This document shows positions 1 to 9,522 of a stretch of DNA of 64,000 nt, piece by piece. A program made the translations under genes and the position numbers. The notes under the pieces were generated by a model that saw only the letters and a program-made list of their open reading frames with translations, searched no databases and was not told the DNA's origin. This DNA comes from a virus, in IMG/VR virus record IMGVR_UViG_3300009094_000001, positions 1 to 64,000 of that record; one strand, 5' to 3'. The stretch's first letter is position 1; every line of letters begins with the position of its first letter.

Positions 1-468
1 ATTGCGAGGGACCTCATTGTTAGCGAGCTTTTCTTTCGTGAATGCCGCGACCGGGGCATTGAGGTTTACGCTGCCGACTGCGGCACGGAGCTGGTCAACG
101 CGGAGTCGGACCCGTCCCAGACGATGATTCGACAAATTTTCGGCGCAGTATCCCAGTGGGAGAAATCACAAATCGCCAAAAAGCTTCTCGCCGGCCGGAA
201 GCGCACGAAGGAAATCACGGGCTGGCCCTGCGGCGGGAAGCCTGTTTACGGCCGCAAGCCAGAGGAGGCAATCTGGGTTCGCAGAATGCTCTACTACCAT
301 CGCCAAGGACTCGGCACCACGGAAATCTGCCGCAAGCTGAATTACAACCCCATGTGGCGCGCGGGCCGGCCGAAGTTCTGGAAAAACTCCACGGTCTTCG
401 GCATCATCAAAACGTGGCAGCACCGAATCGAATTTTCCGATGAAATCACTCTTGACTCTCTTACGTAA
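1..468 (+). CDS. Serine recombinase/resolvase (5' truncated by window edge)
   Basis: Frame is open from base 1: IARDLIVSELFFRECRDRGIEVY...MIRQIFGAVSQWEKSQI...GRKR...GGKPVYG. This matches the resolvase (DR)xARD motif, the long E helix and the GG-P-YG motif, followed by an HTH-like C-terminus. Confidence 0.85.
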   Translation: MARDLIVSELFFRECRDRGIEVYAADCGTELVNAESDPSQTMIRQIFGAVSQWEKSQIAKKLLAGRKRTKEITGWPCGGKPVYGRKPEEAIWVRRMLYYHRQGLGTTEICRKLNYNPMWRAGRPKFWKNSTVFGIIKTWQHRIEFSDEITLDSLT

Positions 469-480
469 TAGCGGACCTTA
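451..480 (+). promoter_or_regulatory. Phage promoter motif copy 1 (CTTGAC-N16-GGACCTTA)
   Basis: Motif recurs 9 times in the window with exact spacing; here it ends 7 nt upstream of ATG 488. Confidence 0.8.
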
Positions 481-487
481 CAAGCAC

Positions 488-1138
488 ATGAAACACCTTT
501 TTGAATTCAAGTCAGAAAACAAACCATCTTCCCCTGCGGGGGGAGTTGAAGCTAAGCAACCCGTTCCCCCCTCGCCGACTCCTGTCGCTCATGCAGGAGC
601 ATCGGCAGCTTTTCTTCCTCCCCCCGCTTCTACCAAGGTTTACGTCACGACCTTTGCAATCCGAAATCCGACGACCGGCAATATCGTCTCGGACGTTGTC
701 GAAGTGCCCTGCACCGGGATTTCCGCAACGGACAAAGCCGCTGCGTGGACTGCCGTAAAACTTCGCCACCCCAAGACGCTGCCGAAGGATATCCGCCGGG
801 CCGCGACCCGAATCGTTACCCGCCCCGGTGGGGAAAATCCAGTCGTGCCGATTCGCGAGGGCGAAACCATCCGCCAGATTTTCCCGGACAAGACGGAATT
901 CGAGACCGCGCGCACGGTCGGCACCATCATTTTCGACGGCGTGCTGTGCGACGTTATTCTGCGGCACCTCCGGGCTAAGGCGGCTTTCTCCGTCGTGCTG
1001 CGCCAGTCCGGCGGGACCGTGGTGACGTTTAGCGAGCAGGTAACCACAACCCGGCTGGTGGATGACTTGCCGAAGATTCTCCGCGAGATTCTCGGTGCCC
1101 CGGCGGAGACACTGAAACTTTATCTCAAGAAAGCATGA
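488..1138 (+). CDS. Hypothetical protein
   Basis: ORF directly after the promoter motif; ATGA overlap with the next gene. Confidence 0.7.
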   Translation: MKHLFEFKSENKPSSPAGGVEAKQPVPPSPTPVAHAGASAAFLPPPASTKVYVTTFAIRNPTTGNIVSDVVEVPCTGISATDKAAAWTAVKLRHPKTLPKDIRRAATRIVTRPGGENPVVPIREGETIRQIFPDKTEFETARTVGTIIFDGVLCDVILRHLRAKAAFSVVLRQSGGTVVTFSEQVTTTRLVDDLPKILREILGAPAETLKLYLKKA

Positions 1139-1518
1139 ACAACGAAACCGCCATTACGCTGCTCACAGACCCGAAACTCAAGTTGACCGCGCGCATGCGA
1201 CGTGCGGCCAAACGCCAGCGTCAGAAGGTTTACCTCGAAACCCCGGCCCTTATTGAAGATGAGGAGACGTGGACAGCGCGGCCGGTCCCCAAGGACCCAA
1301 TGCTGCGTCTTACGCAAAAACTCGCCAGCTACTCCGCTGGCCGTCTGGTGCGGTTCATACAGCAGAGCGCGCGTCGCGCAGCCGGCGCAAAGCACCTCCT
1401 CGCGAAGCTCCATCCACTCTCGGTCTTCCGGCCAAAGCTGGAGGAACAACAAAAGATGAACCTCGTCGCATTTGTTGCGGCGACTACTGAGTTGGAAAAT
1501 CGTGGAAAAACCGCGTAA
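1135..1518 (+). CDS. Hypothetical protein
   Basis: Translationally coupled ORF, 127 aa. Confidence 0.65.
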   Translation: MNNETAITLLTDPKLKLTARMRRAAKRQRQKVYLETPALIEDEETWTARPVPKDPMLRLTQKLASYSAGRLVRFIQQSARRAAGAKHLLAKLHPLSVFRPKLEEQQKMNLVAFVAATTELENRGKTA

Positions 1519-1828
1519 GACAAAAAAGTTCATCGAACAATTTGAATTTCCTCCGAAGGCATGGCAGTATGTAGGAGTGAAACAAAGCCCGCGTGAAACT
1601 GACCACCTTAGAATATCGAGATGCCTACTTCCGAATGTTGCAGGCTCGGCGGGAAAATTCTGTATGCAAATCGCAAGCGGAGACCACTCTTTCGCCGGGC
1701 TCCCGTTGGAGACCACACCGACCGAAACCAACTTCGGACCGGCGAACAACCCCGACTGGGTTAACACCGAATGGTATCGCACTTGGGTCGAACTTGCAAA
1801 ACAACCACACGAATACCCCCACAACTAA
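1502..1828 (+). CDS. Hypothetical protein
   Basis: Fills the gap in the operon; start uncertain (GTG 1502 assumed). Confidence 0.55.
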   Translation: MEKPRKTKKFIEQFEFPPKAWQYVGVKQSPRETDHLRISRCLLPNVAGSAGKFCMQIASGDHSFAGLPLETTPTETNFGPANNPDWVNTEWYRTWVELAKQPHEYPHN

Positions 1829-2398
1829 ATGATTAAACGAATTCTCGTCGTCGGATATGGAAGATGCGGGAAGGACGCCTCGGCATTTCTTCTACAGAAC
1901 ATAACCGGGATTCCATACGCAGGTAGCACCTCATGGTCGGCGAAGGAATTGGTTGCAAAAAAGATGGGTATGCACCCGCAGGTTTGCTGGGAGAATCGAC
2001 ACGCTAATCGGGAACGATGGAAATCCATTTGCGACGGGCTCCGGGAGGAGGACCAAACGCTTTTGATTCGACTCGCACTGGCCAGCGTGAACGAGGATAA
2101 ATCTTCGGGGCTACTGGCCGGTTGGCGGGGGATTGTTGCGGGAGTTCGGGACGGGAAAGAACTTTTTGCGGCGAAGGCCGAAAATCTTTTTCACCATATT
2201 ATATGGATTGACCGCCCCGGAACTCCGGTTGACCCAACTGTCACCTTTGAAGATTTTGATTGCACCTCGGTCATTGTGAATGATGGTGATATTGACGACC
2301 TAAACAGTAAACTTTTCCTTTGGGCAGAGAAACACAGGCTCATCCCGGGACTTTATTTGTCCGGGAAATGTCCGACTGTCGATATCCACCGCGAATGA
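1829..2398 (+). CDS. P-loop nucleotide (dNMP-type) kinase-like protein
   Basis: N-terminal ILVVGYGRCGKD P-loop variant; later GVRD and IIWIDR motifs typical of phage dNMP kinases. Confidence 0.7.
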   Translation: MIKRILVVGYGRCGKDASAFLLQNITGIPYAGSTSWSAKELVAKKMGMHPQVCWENRHANRERWKSICDGLREEDQTLLIRLALASVNEDKSSGLLAGWRGIVAGVRDGKELFAAKAENLFHHIIWIDRPGTPVDPTVTFEDFDCTSVIVNDGDIDDLNSKLFLWAEKHRLIPGLYLSGKCPTVDIHRE

Positions 2399-2781
2399 AA
2401 AAAGTCTACATCCGGGACGACTGCTGGGAGTTTGACCTGTGGGTAATCGCCCCGGCGACGAACAGGGAGCTGGACGCTTTCCTGCTTCGTCAGTTCGGAA
2501 TCAAAGAGAAGACAAACGACGGAAGCTTTACTGGTCGATTCGTTGAAGTTTGGGAAGGGGACGGAGAAACGGAATGGGCCGGCGTGATTGCGCTCAAGCG
2601 ATGGAACGGAACTCCGAAGGACTACGACATTTTAGCGCACGAGTGTCTGCACGCGGTCCACTGGTTCCTCGATAACCGGGGCATCAAATTGAATTTCAAG
2701 TCCGACGAGGCATTTTGTTACCTGCTCGGCTCGTTGGTGCGCCGCATCGCGGAACAACTCAATAAGGGGAAACGCAAATGA
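2395..2781 (+). CDS. HExxH metallopeptidase-like phage protein
   Basis: ILAHECLHAV followed by DEAFCYL. Confidence 0.65.
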   Translation: MKKVYIRDDCWEFDLWVIAPATNRELDAFLLRQFGIKEKTNDGSFTGRFVEVWEGDGETEWAGVIALKRWNGTPKDYDILAHECLHAVHWFLDNRGIKLNFKSDEAFCYLLGSLVRRIAEQLNKGKRK

Positions 2782-3266
2782 CTGAATACGTCCTCGGCTT
2801 CGCCTTTACCAGAGATTACGCGGACTTTGACCGCGTGCTGTTGATTCGTAAAACCAAGCCCGCGTGGCAGGCCGGGAAACTTAACGGTGTCGGGGGAAAA
2901 ATCGAGACGGGGGATTTCACTCCGCATCGGGCCATATCCCGGGAGTTTGTCGAGGAAACCGGCATAGAGACGCTTCCATCTCGCTGGACTAAATTCGCCG
3001 TCATGGAATTTGCCGATTGCCGGGTCCATTGTTTTACCACTTGGTTCAATTGGAAAGAATTCAAGAAGGCGGTCCCGCTCACTGAGGAGTTGTTGGAGAG
3101 TTACCAGCTCGATTCGGTTTTCGATGAAAAAATGAAGGAAGCGAAAGCGCTTCCAAATTTGAGGTGGCTGATTCTTTTGGCAAGGGCGGCTTGGACTGCT
3201 GGAGTAGACGAGTTCCCAGTGCTACAGATTTTCGAGTCGGTCGAGTCGAAATACGCTACAGCATGA
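2778..3266 (+). CDS. NUDIX hydrolase
   Basis: NUDIX box GGKIETGDFTPHRAISREFVEETGI. Confidence 0.9.
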   Translation: MTEYVLGFAFTRDYADFDRVLLIRKTKPAWQAGKLNGVGGKIETGDFTPHRAISREFVEETGIETLPSRWTKFAVMEFADCRVHCFTTWFNWKEFKKAVPLTEELLESYQLDSVFDEKMKEAKALPNLRWLILLARAAWTAGVDEFPVLQIFESVESKYATA

Positions 3267-3799
3267 AATTCTGGCCCTCCGTTGGAACTCGTTCGGTGCT
3301 TTGGGGTGCTCACGCATTCTGGTTTCACCCGATTGTGGTTGCTCTCGCGTGGCGCAAGCTATATCGGCGATTTCCGAACCGCTGGGAGTGCCTCGCGATT
3401 TTCTGTCACGACCTCGGTTATTGGGGTTGCGACTCGATGGACGGGGACGAGGACGGGAAGTTTCATCCCTATGTCGGGGCCTTTCTCGCCTCGGAGTTGG
3501 CTTTGATTTTCGGAGCCGACGACAGCGATGTAAGCTATGTGGAGGAACTGGTCCTCGGCCATAGCCGGTCCTTTTGCGCCGAATCCGGCGAGAAGATTTC
3601 TGAGCTGTGCGACCCCGACAAGTATTCCATCCTTTACGAGCCCGCGTGGTTCTATTGGATTCGCACGATTTTGAGCGGAGAGATTCACGAGTATCGACGC
3701 AATGAAGAAATCAAACAAGGGTGCTGCATAGCTTCAACGTGGGCTTGGCTATGCGGGTATCGACGGTCCGTAAAAGCCCGCTTCTCCAAAATCAAATGA
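3263..3799 (+). CDS. HD-domain protein
   Basis: H...CHDLGYWG...HP...HS...DK pattern. Confidence 0.7.
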   Translation: MKFWPSVGTRSVLWGAHAFWFHPIVVALAWRKLYRRFPNRWECLAIFCHDLGYWGCDSMDGDEDGKFHPYVGAFLASELALIFGADDSDVSYVEELVLGHSRSFCAESGEKISELCDPDKYSILYEPAWFYWIRTILSGEIHEYRRNEEIKQGCCIASTWAWLCGYRRSVKARFSKIK

Positions 3800-4353
3800 A
3801 ACCATTGTTCCTGATTCTAACCCTCCTCGTGCTGGGGTTCGCCCCGCTGTCCCCTCCCCCGGACGAGCTTCCGAAAATTCTCGACTATTCAGAGGCGGTC
3901 GAGTTGCTGAGTCATTCACTGAACATCCCGGAGCCGGAATGGCCACTCGGCCCGGAAGACTCTGTATACCTCTCCCCGACGCAGGAGGAGATTTCGGAGC
4001 TGCTCTGTTTTATCAAGGACCGACGCCAGCTAATCCACTACGTCGTCGACGCGACCGACTGCGATGACCTCGCAACGGAGGCAAAATACTGGGCGACGGT
4101 CTGGCATTCCCGTAGCTACGACGGAGTGAATGCAGCGCTACTTTTCGGCAAGGCATATGTGAAGCTGGACGGAAACTACGAACTGCTGTTCCCCGGGACC
4201 GGCAACGCGCACGTCATCGGGTATCACGTCATCAACTTTGTGGTCCGGTCCGACGGCAAGGTGTTCTTTTTCGAGCCGCAATCCGGCCGTATTGCCCCGG
4301 TGGAATCTTTCATTTACGAGGACTCGGTTCAAGTCCTGCGACTGGAATATTGA
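3796..4353 (+). CDS. Signal-peptide protein with papain/transglutaminase-like domain
   Basis: Hydrophobic N-terminus; DCDDLA, HVIN and FFEPQ resemble a Cys-His-Glu triad. Confidence 0.6.
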   Translation: MKPLFLILTLLVLGFAPLSPPPDELPKILDYSEAVELLSHSLNIPEPEWPLGPEDSVYLSPTQEEISELLCFIKDRRQLIHYVVDATDCDDLATEAKYWATVWHSRSYDGVNAALLFGKAYVKLDGNYELLFPGTGNAHVIGYHVINFVVRSDGKVFFFEPQSGRIAPVESFIYEDSVQVLRLEY

Positions 4354-5840
4354 AAGCTTTCGACGAAAGCGGACTTTACCCATACCAGCCAACGCCTGCG
4401 AAATACTTGGCGCAGTTGTTGGAATCTGGCCAGAACTGTCTTGACGGCTCTGACTGCGGCGTCGGCAAGACGGCAGTCGCCAGCGCAATTATCCGCCACC
4501 TGAAACTTCCAACCCTCGTGCTGACTCCGCAAATTAACATTCCGAATTGGGAGTGGATGGGGAAGCACCTCGGGGTTGAATTCGACGTGACAAATGTTGA
4601 AGAGGTTCGCACCGGGAAAAGTCTCTTTGGCCGTTGGGAATTACCAAAGCCGCCCGGGCCGTTGCCGACGGAGCTACGTTGCACGCAATGTCAGCTCGTC
4701 GTGGAGCCGGAGAAGGGCTTGCCTTGCGCATACGGGGAATTTCATTGCGTGGAGACGAAGAAGCTGCCCCACCGCTACGGGAAATTTTTCTGGCACCCGG
4801 GGATACAGTTCTTGGTATTAGACGAATGTCATAAGTATTGTGCGCTAGATTCGCTGAATGCCGACATGGCGATTGCCGCGCGCCGGCAAGGAATCCGCAC
4901 GCTGGCGATTTCCGCCACTGCGGCCGATAGCCCGCTAGGACTCAAAGCGCTGGGATACCTGCTGGGGTTACACAGTCTCGTGGGCGAGGATTCCTTCTAC
5001 CGGTTCGCGTTTAGGTTTGGATGCCGCAAGCGCATTTTCGGCGGGCTTGAATTCGGGCGCGACGATGATGACCGCAAGGTCAAAATGCAGGCGTTACACC
5101 GTGCTATTTTCCCCTCCCGGGGGACCCGCGTCAGGATTGAAGACCTCGGTGACGCGTTCCCAGAATGTGCAATCACCGCCGAGCTTTTTGACTTCGGAGA
5201 TGCACAGAGAGTGAACGCACTTTACGCCACGATGGACGAAGCGCTCGCGGAATTGCAAGCGATGCAGCTTGCCGACAAATCGCCGGAGCACCCATTCACC
5301 AAGCTGATTCGCGCTCGGCAGGCCCTTGAGTTACTAAAAACGCCGCTGTATGCCCAATTAGCGCGGGATGAGGTGGAAGCAGGAAACAGCGTCGTTATTT
5401 TCGTCGCTTTTAAAGCGACTATGGACGCCTTGTGCGACGCGCTGGGGGTTTCTGCTCGGATTGAGGGGGGTCAATCGGCTGCATTGCGGGACAAAACGAT
5501 TCAAGATTACCTCGACGACAAAACTCGCATCCTCGTAACAAACGTCGATTGCGGTGGCACTGCGCTTAATCTCCCGGATGTGCGCGGCAAATTCCCGCGC
5601 GTCGGAATTGCATCCCTTGTGTATTCATCCAGAAAGATGAGACAGCTTTTTGGGAGATTGCGAAGAATTACTAGTAAAACTAAGTCTCGATATCGTGTGA
5701 TTTTAGCAGGAGGCACAAAAGAAGAGAAAATACATGCCAAAATGACCGCGAAGTTGGATGCGATTGACCTACTCAATGACGGAGACTTGCTTGCCGCGAA
5801 TTTGCCCACGGCTGTCGTAGAATGGCCAGAGGGTCTATGA
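4350..5840 (+). CDS. Superfamily 2 DNA helicase with Zn-finger insertion
   Basis: Walker A DCGVGKT, Walker B LDECH, SAT motif III, QLFGRLRR motif VI; TTG start overlaps the upstream stop. Confidence 0.9.
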   Translation: MKAFDESGLYPYQPTPAKYLAQLLESGQNCLDGSDCGVGKTAVASAIIRHLKLPTLVLTPQINIPNWEWMGKHLGVEFDVTNVEEVRTGKSLFGRWELPKPPGPLPTELRCTQCQLVVEPEKGLPCAYGEFHCVETKKLPHRYGKFFWHPGIQFLVLDECHKYCALDSLNADMAIAARRQGIRTLAISATAADSPLGLKALGYLLGLHSLVGEDSFYRFAFRFGCRKRIFGGLEFGRDDDDRKVKMQALHRAIFPSRGTRVRIEDLGDAFPECAITAELFDFGDAQRVNALYATMDEALAELQAMQLADKSPEHPFTKLIRARQALELLKTPLYAQLARDEVEAGNSVVIFVAFKATMDALCDALGVSARIEGGQSAALRDKTIQDYLDDKTRILVTNVDCGGTALNLPDVRGKFPRVGIASLVYSSRKMRQLFGRLRRITSKTKSRYRVILAGGTKEEKIHAKMTAKLDAIDLLNDGDLLAANLPTAVVEWPEGL

Positions 5841-6031
5841 CAAAAGAACAGACTAAAAAATATAACCGGAAATACCGGAAGGAAAACCTAAAGCGGTTGA
5901 GGGAATCGGGACGCGAATACTATAAAAAGAACCGCGCCGCTATCTTAGCACAGAAGCGCAAATACACGGTAAAAAATAAGCTTCGGATTCTTGCCAAGAA
6001 GCGCGAGTATTATTTGAAAAGAACTTCTTGA
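5837..6031 (+). CDS. Small very basic protein (YxxxN helical repeats)
   Basis: KKYNRKYRKEN, REYYKKN and REYY repeats resemble the N-terminal arms of HNH endonucleases, but there is no nuclease domain. Confidence 0.5.
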   Translation: MTKEQTKKYNRKYRKENLKRLRESGREYYKKNRAAILAQKRKYTVKNKLRILAKKREYYLKRTS

Positions 6032-6056
6032 CATTCTCACAAAATCGCGGACCTTT
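6027..6056 (+). promoter_or_regulatory. Phage promoter motif copy 2
   Basis: CTTGAC attctcacaaaatcgc GGACCTTT, 13 nt before ATG 6070. Confidence 0.8.
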
Positions 6057-6069
6057 ACATCGAAAAATT

Positions 6070-6222
6070 ATGCCATACGCAATCCGAAAAGTGCCCGGCA
6101 AGAAATGCTTCAAGGTCGTCAACAAAGACACCGGCCGGGTGCTTGCGAAATGCACGAGCAAGCGGGAAGCTGAAAAACAAATTCGCGTCCTCGGAATGGT
6201 TGAGCATACCGTCATGAGCTAA
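6070..6222 (+). CDS. Small basic viral protein (MPYxIRK type)
   Basis: MPYAIRKVPGKKCFKVVNKDTGRVLAKCTSKREAEKQIRVL, directly downstream of the promoter motif. Confidence 0.7.
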   Translation: MPYAIRKVPGKKCFKVVNKDTGRVLAKCTSKREAEKQIRVLGMVEHTVMS

Positions 6223-6241
6223 CCCCGAATAAACCCACGAA

Positions 6242-7129
6242 ATGAGCGAAAATCTCTCTTCCTATCCATCCATCTTCGCCCTCGGGCACCGGAACATCGC
6301 CGACCTATTCGACGGGCCGGTCACAGTCGAGGAGAAAATCGACGGTTCCCAGTTCAGCATGGCGCGTGTAAACGGCGAGCTGGTTTGCAGGTCGAAGGGC
6401 CAGCAAATCATCGTCGGCGCACCTGAGAAAATGTTTGCCGCCGCAGTCGAGACTGCGCAGAAATTGGACCTGCGCGAGGGCTGGGTTTACCGATGCGAAT
6501 ACCTGAAATCTCCGAAGCACAACACGCTGGCGTATTCCCGGATTCCTAAGGACCATTTGATTTTGTTCGACGTGATGACGGGATACGAGACCTACCTGAC
6601 GCCGGCCGCGAAGAAGTTTGAAGCTGTTCGACTGGGTCTTGAAGTGGTGCCCTGTTTTCTGGTCGGGGAAACCTGCGTGATGGATATCCGCCCATTCATG
6701 GACCGAGAGAGCACTCTCGGCGGATGCAAAATCGAAGGCGTGGTCGTCAAGAACTACGCGCGCTTCGGCACGGATAAGAAAATCCTCATCGGCAAGTTCG
6801 TCTCCGCCGAGTTTAAGGAGAAGCACCAGCACGCGTGGAAGAAATCGAACCCGGGGCCGGCCGACGTGGTGGAGCACATCATTTCCGAGTTGAAGACGGA
6901 CGCTCGCTGGCGCAAAGCCGTGCAGCACCTTCGCGACGCCGGGAAGCTGACCGGGACGCCAACCGATATCGGGCCGTTGTTGATTGAACTCGGCACCGAC
7001 ACGGAGCGGGAAGAGTCCGAAGCAATCCGAGCATCTTTATGGAATCATTTCTGGCCGCAAATTCGGCGCGGAATCGCGAGCGGGTTTCCAGAGTGGTATA
7101 AGAAAGAAATCGGAATTATCGAATCATGA
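6242..7129 (+). CDS. ATP-dependent RNA ligase (Rnl2-like)
   Basis: Motif I EEKIDGSQF, LFDV, EGVVVK motif IV, GKFVSAEFKE motif V. Confidence 0.85.
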   Translation: MSENLSSYPSIFALGHRNIADLFDGPVTVEEKIDGSQFSMARVNGELVCRSKGQQIIVGAPEKMFAAAVETAQKLDLREGWVYRCEYLKSPKHNTLAYSRIPKDHLILFDVMTGYETYLTPAAKKFEAVRLGLEVVPCFLVGETCVMDIRPFMDRESTLGGCKIEGVVVKNYARFGTDKKILIGKFVSAEFKEKHQHAWKKSNPGPADVVEHIISELKTDARWRKAVQHLRDAGKLTGTPTDIGPLLIELGTDTEREESEAIRASLWNHFWPQIRRGIASGFPEWYKKEIGIIES

Positions 7130-8316
7130 GCGACCCGCTGTTGCCAACCCGGGTTCATCATCCGTTTTCGCCGTCCACGTTGCAGGCGCGGGAGTCATGC
7201 CCGCATTACACTCCCATCGACGGCGGAGATAACGCCGCTTCGCTCGCCGGCACGCGCCAGCACGACGCGGTCGAAAACGAGGAGGATAGCCCGCTATTAG
7301 ACGACCACCAAGCGATTGCCGTCGCCGAGTGCCTAGCCTACGCGGATAACATCGCAAAGAACTACCCGGGGGCGACGATACTCAAGGAAGAGTATCTCCC
7401 CATTGACGACGAAATCCTCGAATCCGGCGGAACTTTTACCGACGCGGTCTATGGAACTACCGCTGGGTATCCCGACTACGTAATCATATCCGCCGACCGA
7501 AAAACTGCCGAGATTCTCGACTGGAAGTTCGGCAAGCATCCGGTGGAAGACACGGAGAATAATCTGCAAGGCATCGCCTACATGCTGGGGGTCAAGTTCC
7601 GTTACCCGGAAATCGAGCGCTGCACGGTGCATTTCGTGTTGCCACACCAAGACTGCGTGGATAAACACACGTTTGTTTTGACGCCGCAGTTGCGGGACGA
7701 GTTATATCTTCGCGTTAAGGTCATCGTGAGCCGTTCGATAGTAGCCAAGGGACTGGATGATTTTTCTCTCGCGCGGCCCTCAGCCAGTGCGTGCATGTTC
7801 TGCGCGCTCGTGGGTCGCTGCACCAAGGTCACGGAACTTGTGCTGAATATCGGCAAGAAATTCTCTCCGATGCAAATCCCGGAGACGATTTCGCCGAATA
7901 TGGTTTCTGACCCGGAAGATACCTCAGTTGGTCTCAAAGTTGCCCAAGTGGTAACTGCGTGGGCCAAGGGCTACCGGGCGCGCGTAACAGAGCGCGCAAC
8001 CACCGACCCGGACTTCATGCCGAAGGGATACCAGCTAATCGAGATGCAGCGTCGCGAGGTGACTAACGCAACTGCCGTGGCAGACCTCGCCAAGAAACTT
8101 TTGCCAGAAGACAAGAAAGCGGAGGTGGACAAGCTCCTCGATATCCCAATCACCAAGGTTGAGGAATTAATCGAAGTCGCTACTCCGCGCGGCAAGAAGA
8201 CCAAAGCAGTCGCCGCGTTCGGCGAGGAACTCGCGAAGTCCGGCGCGGTCAAGCTGGGCAACCCTTACACGATTTTGCGCCAGTGCGGCGCAGAAAAACA
8301 ACAAAACAAAACATAA
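7126..8316 (+). CDS. Cas4-like PD-(D/E)XK exonuclease (DUF2800-like)
   Basis: FSPS..CP, GTRQH, PD...ILDWKFG, QGIAY and CMFC...C. Confidence 0.85.
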   Translation: MSDPLLPTRVHHPFSPSTLQARESCPHYTPIDGGDNAASLAGTRQHDAVENEEDSPLLDDHQAIAVAECLAYADNIAKNYPGATILKEEYLPIDDEILESGGTFTDAVYGTTAGYPDYVIISADRKTAEILDWKFGKHPVEDTENNLQGIAYMLGVKFRYPEIERCTVHFVLPHQDCVDKHTFVLTPQLRDELYLRVKVIVSRSIVAKGLDDFSLARPSASACMFCALVGRCTKVTELVLNIGKKFSPMQIPETISPNMVSDPEDTSVGLKVAQVVTAWAKGYRARVTERATTDPDFMPKGYQLIEMQRREVTNATAVADLAKKLLPEDKKAEVDKLLDIPITKVEELIEVATPRGKKTKAVAAFGEELAKSGAVKLGNPYTILRQCGAEKQQNKT

Positions 8317-8330
8317 AAAACAAAACACAT

Positions 8331-9212
8331 ATGGCAAAAGTTAGTTTCACCAAAGAAAACGTCGTCTCGGTTTCGCCCCCGGGCGAAAACACGACCGGTG
8401 CCCCCGTCATCGACGTGGCGTCGGAGGTCGTTACCCCTGCGACGAGTATTCCCTCCTCGCCCGTTACGCTAGCCGCTCCGGTGACTTCGACGGCAGTCGC
8501 GCGCACGGACACGCCGATTCAGTTCGACGACAACGACATTCGCTTCGAGGACATTTACCTCCCGAAGGTCAACATCGTCCACAACGTCGGGGACCTCATG
8601 AAGGTTTTCTCGCCCGGCGAAATCGTGCTCAACGGCACCTACGTTATCCACACTCCGACGCACCAGTCGAAGAAAGGGACGGACCCGCTCAAAATCACCG
8701 TCATCGGTTTCAAGAAGAAGCAGTATGTCGAGAAGGTTTCTGGCGGAGCTAAAGGGTTGCTCGTGAACTCCGAGGCCGAGGTCGAAGCCAACGGAGGCAC
8801 CCTCAATTACGCGGTCTGGAAGCAGAACGACGACGCGCGCAAGACGAATCCTGCGCTGCCCGCCATCCGGCGATTCGAGACGCTCGCAACCGCGTTGCTG
8901 CTGATTGAGCGCCCGGCGCATCTCACGGACAGCCTGCAATTTCCTTACGAGTTCGACGGCAAGTTTTACGCCCTCGCGCTGTGGGGAATGAAGGGCACCG
9001 CGTTTACCAACGCCGCCAAGCATTTCTTCACCGCCCGCAAGATTGGTTTCTTGAAGACCGGTTATGCGGTCCGTTCGTGGAACCTCACCACTCAGTTGGA
9101 GCCTTACAACAACGGCAACGTGTCGTGGATTCCTCAGGTGGAACCGTGCAAAGAAGCGAATTCCGACGCCTTCATTTCCTTCGTCAAGGAAGTGATTGGT
9201 GCCGGCAACTAA
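8331..9212 (+). CDS. Probable single-stranded DNA-binding/annealing protein
   Basis: Position after the Cas4-like nuclease; DIYLPKVNIV motif, low-complexity N-terminus and beta-rich core. Confidence 0.55.
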   Translation: MAKVSFTKENVVSVSPPGENTTGAPVIDVASEVVTPATSIPSSPVTLAAPVTSTAVARTDTPIQFDDNDIRFEDIYLPKVNIVHNVGDLMKVFSPGEIVLNGTYVIHTPTHQSKKGTDPLKITVIGFKKKQYVEKVSGGAKGLLVNSEAEVEANGGTLNYAVWKQNDDARKTNPALPAIRRFETLATALLLIERPAHLTDSLQFPYEFDGKFYALALWGMKGTAFTNAAKHFFTARKIGFLKTGYAVRSWNLTTQLEPYNNGNVSWIPQVEPCKEANSDAFISFVKEVIGAGN

Positions 9213-9225
9213 CCCACAAACACAC

Positions 9226-9453
9226 ATGCCAAACACAACTACCAAGCCCGTCGGCCGGCCGCGCGCCGTCATCAAGCTTCCGCGCAAGCGGGAATTCACC
9301 GTCGCGGACGTTATCGACATCAACGCGGTTTCGTCCCTCACGATTCGGAATTTCCTCAAGGAACTGATTCACACCGGGAATCTCGTCACGGTAGGGACCA
9401 CCAAGAACAAGGCCGGCCAGCGCGGGCGTCCTCGTTTCATCTATCGCCAGTAA
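9226..9453 (+). CDS. Winged-HTH DNA-binding protein with GRPR (AT-hook-like) ends
   Basis: VGRPR...FTVADV...TIRNFLKEL...G...RGRPRFIY. Confidence 0.65.
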   Translation: MPNTTTKPVGRPRAVIKLPRKREFTVADVIDINAVSSLTIRNFLKELIHTGNLVTVGTTKNKAGQRGRPRFIYRQ

Positions 9454-9473
9454 ACAACCCAGCCCCCGCGAAA

Positions 9474-9518
9474 GGGGCCGGGTGCAGAAGAAATTTTGCA
9501 TCCGGCCCCCGACCTTTT
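9474..9518 (+). terminator. Rho-independent terminator-like hairpin
   Basis: 16-bp stem GGGGCCGGGTGCAGAA-GAAA-TTTTGCATCCGGCCCC followed by a short T run. Confidence 0.6.
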
Positions 9519-9522
9519 GTTT

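Noticed and set aside
7126-8316. CRISPR-Cas system suggested by the Cas4-like gene
   Set aside because: No repeat-spacer array or other cas genes seen; solo Cas4-like nucleases are normal in phage replication modules.
9490-9518. Tenth copy of the phage promoter (..CGACCTTT)
   Set aside because: No CTTGAC at the 16-nt spacing; the segment is part of a hairpin.
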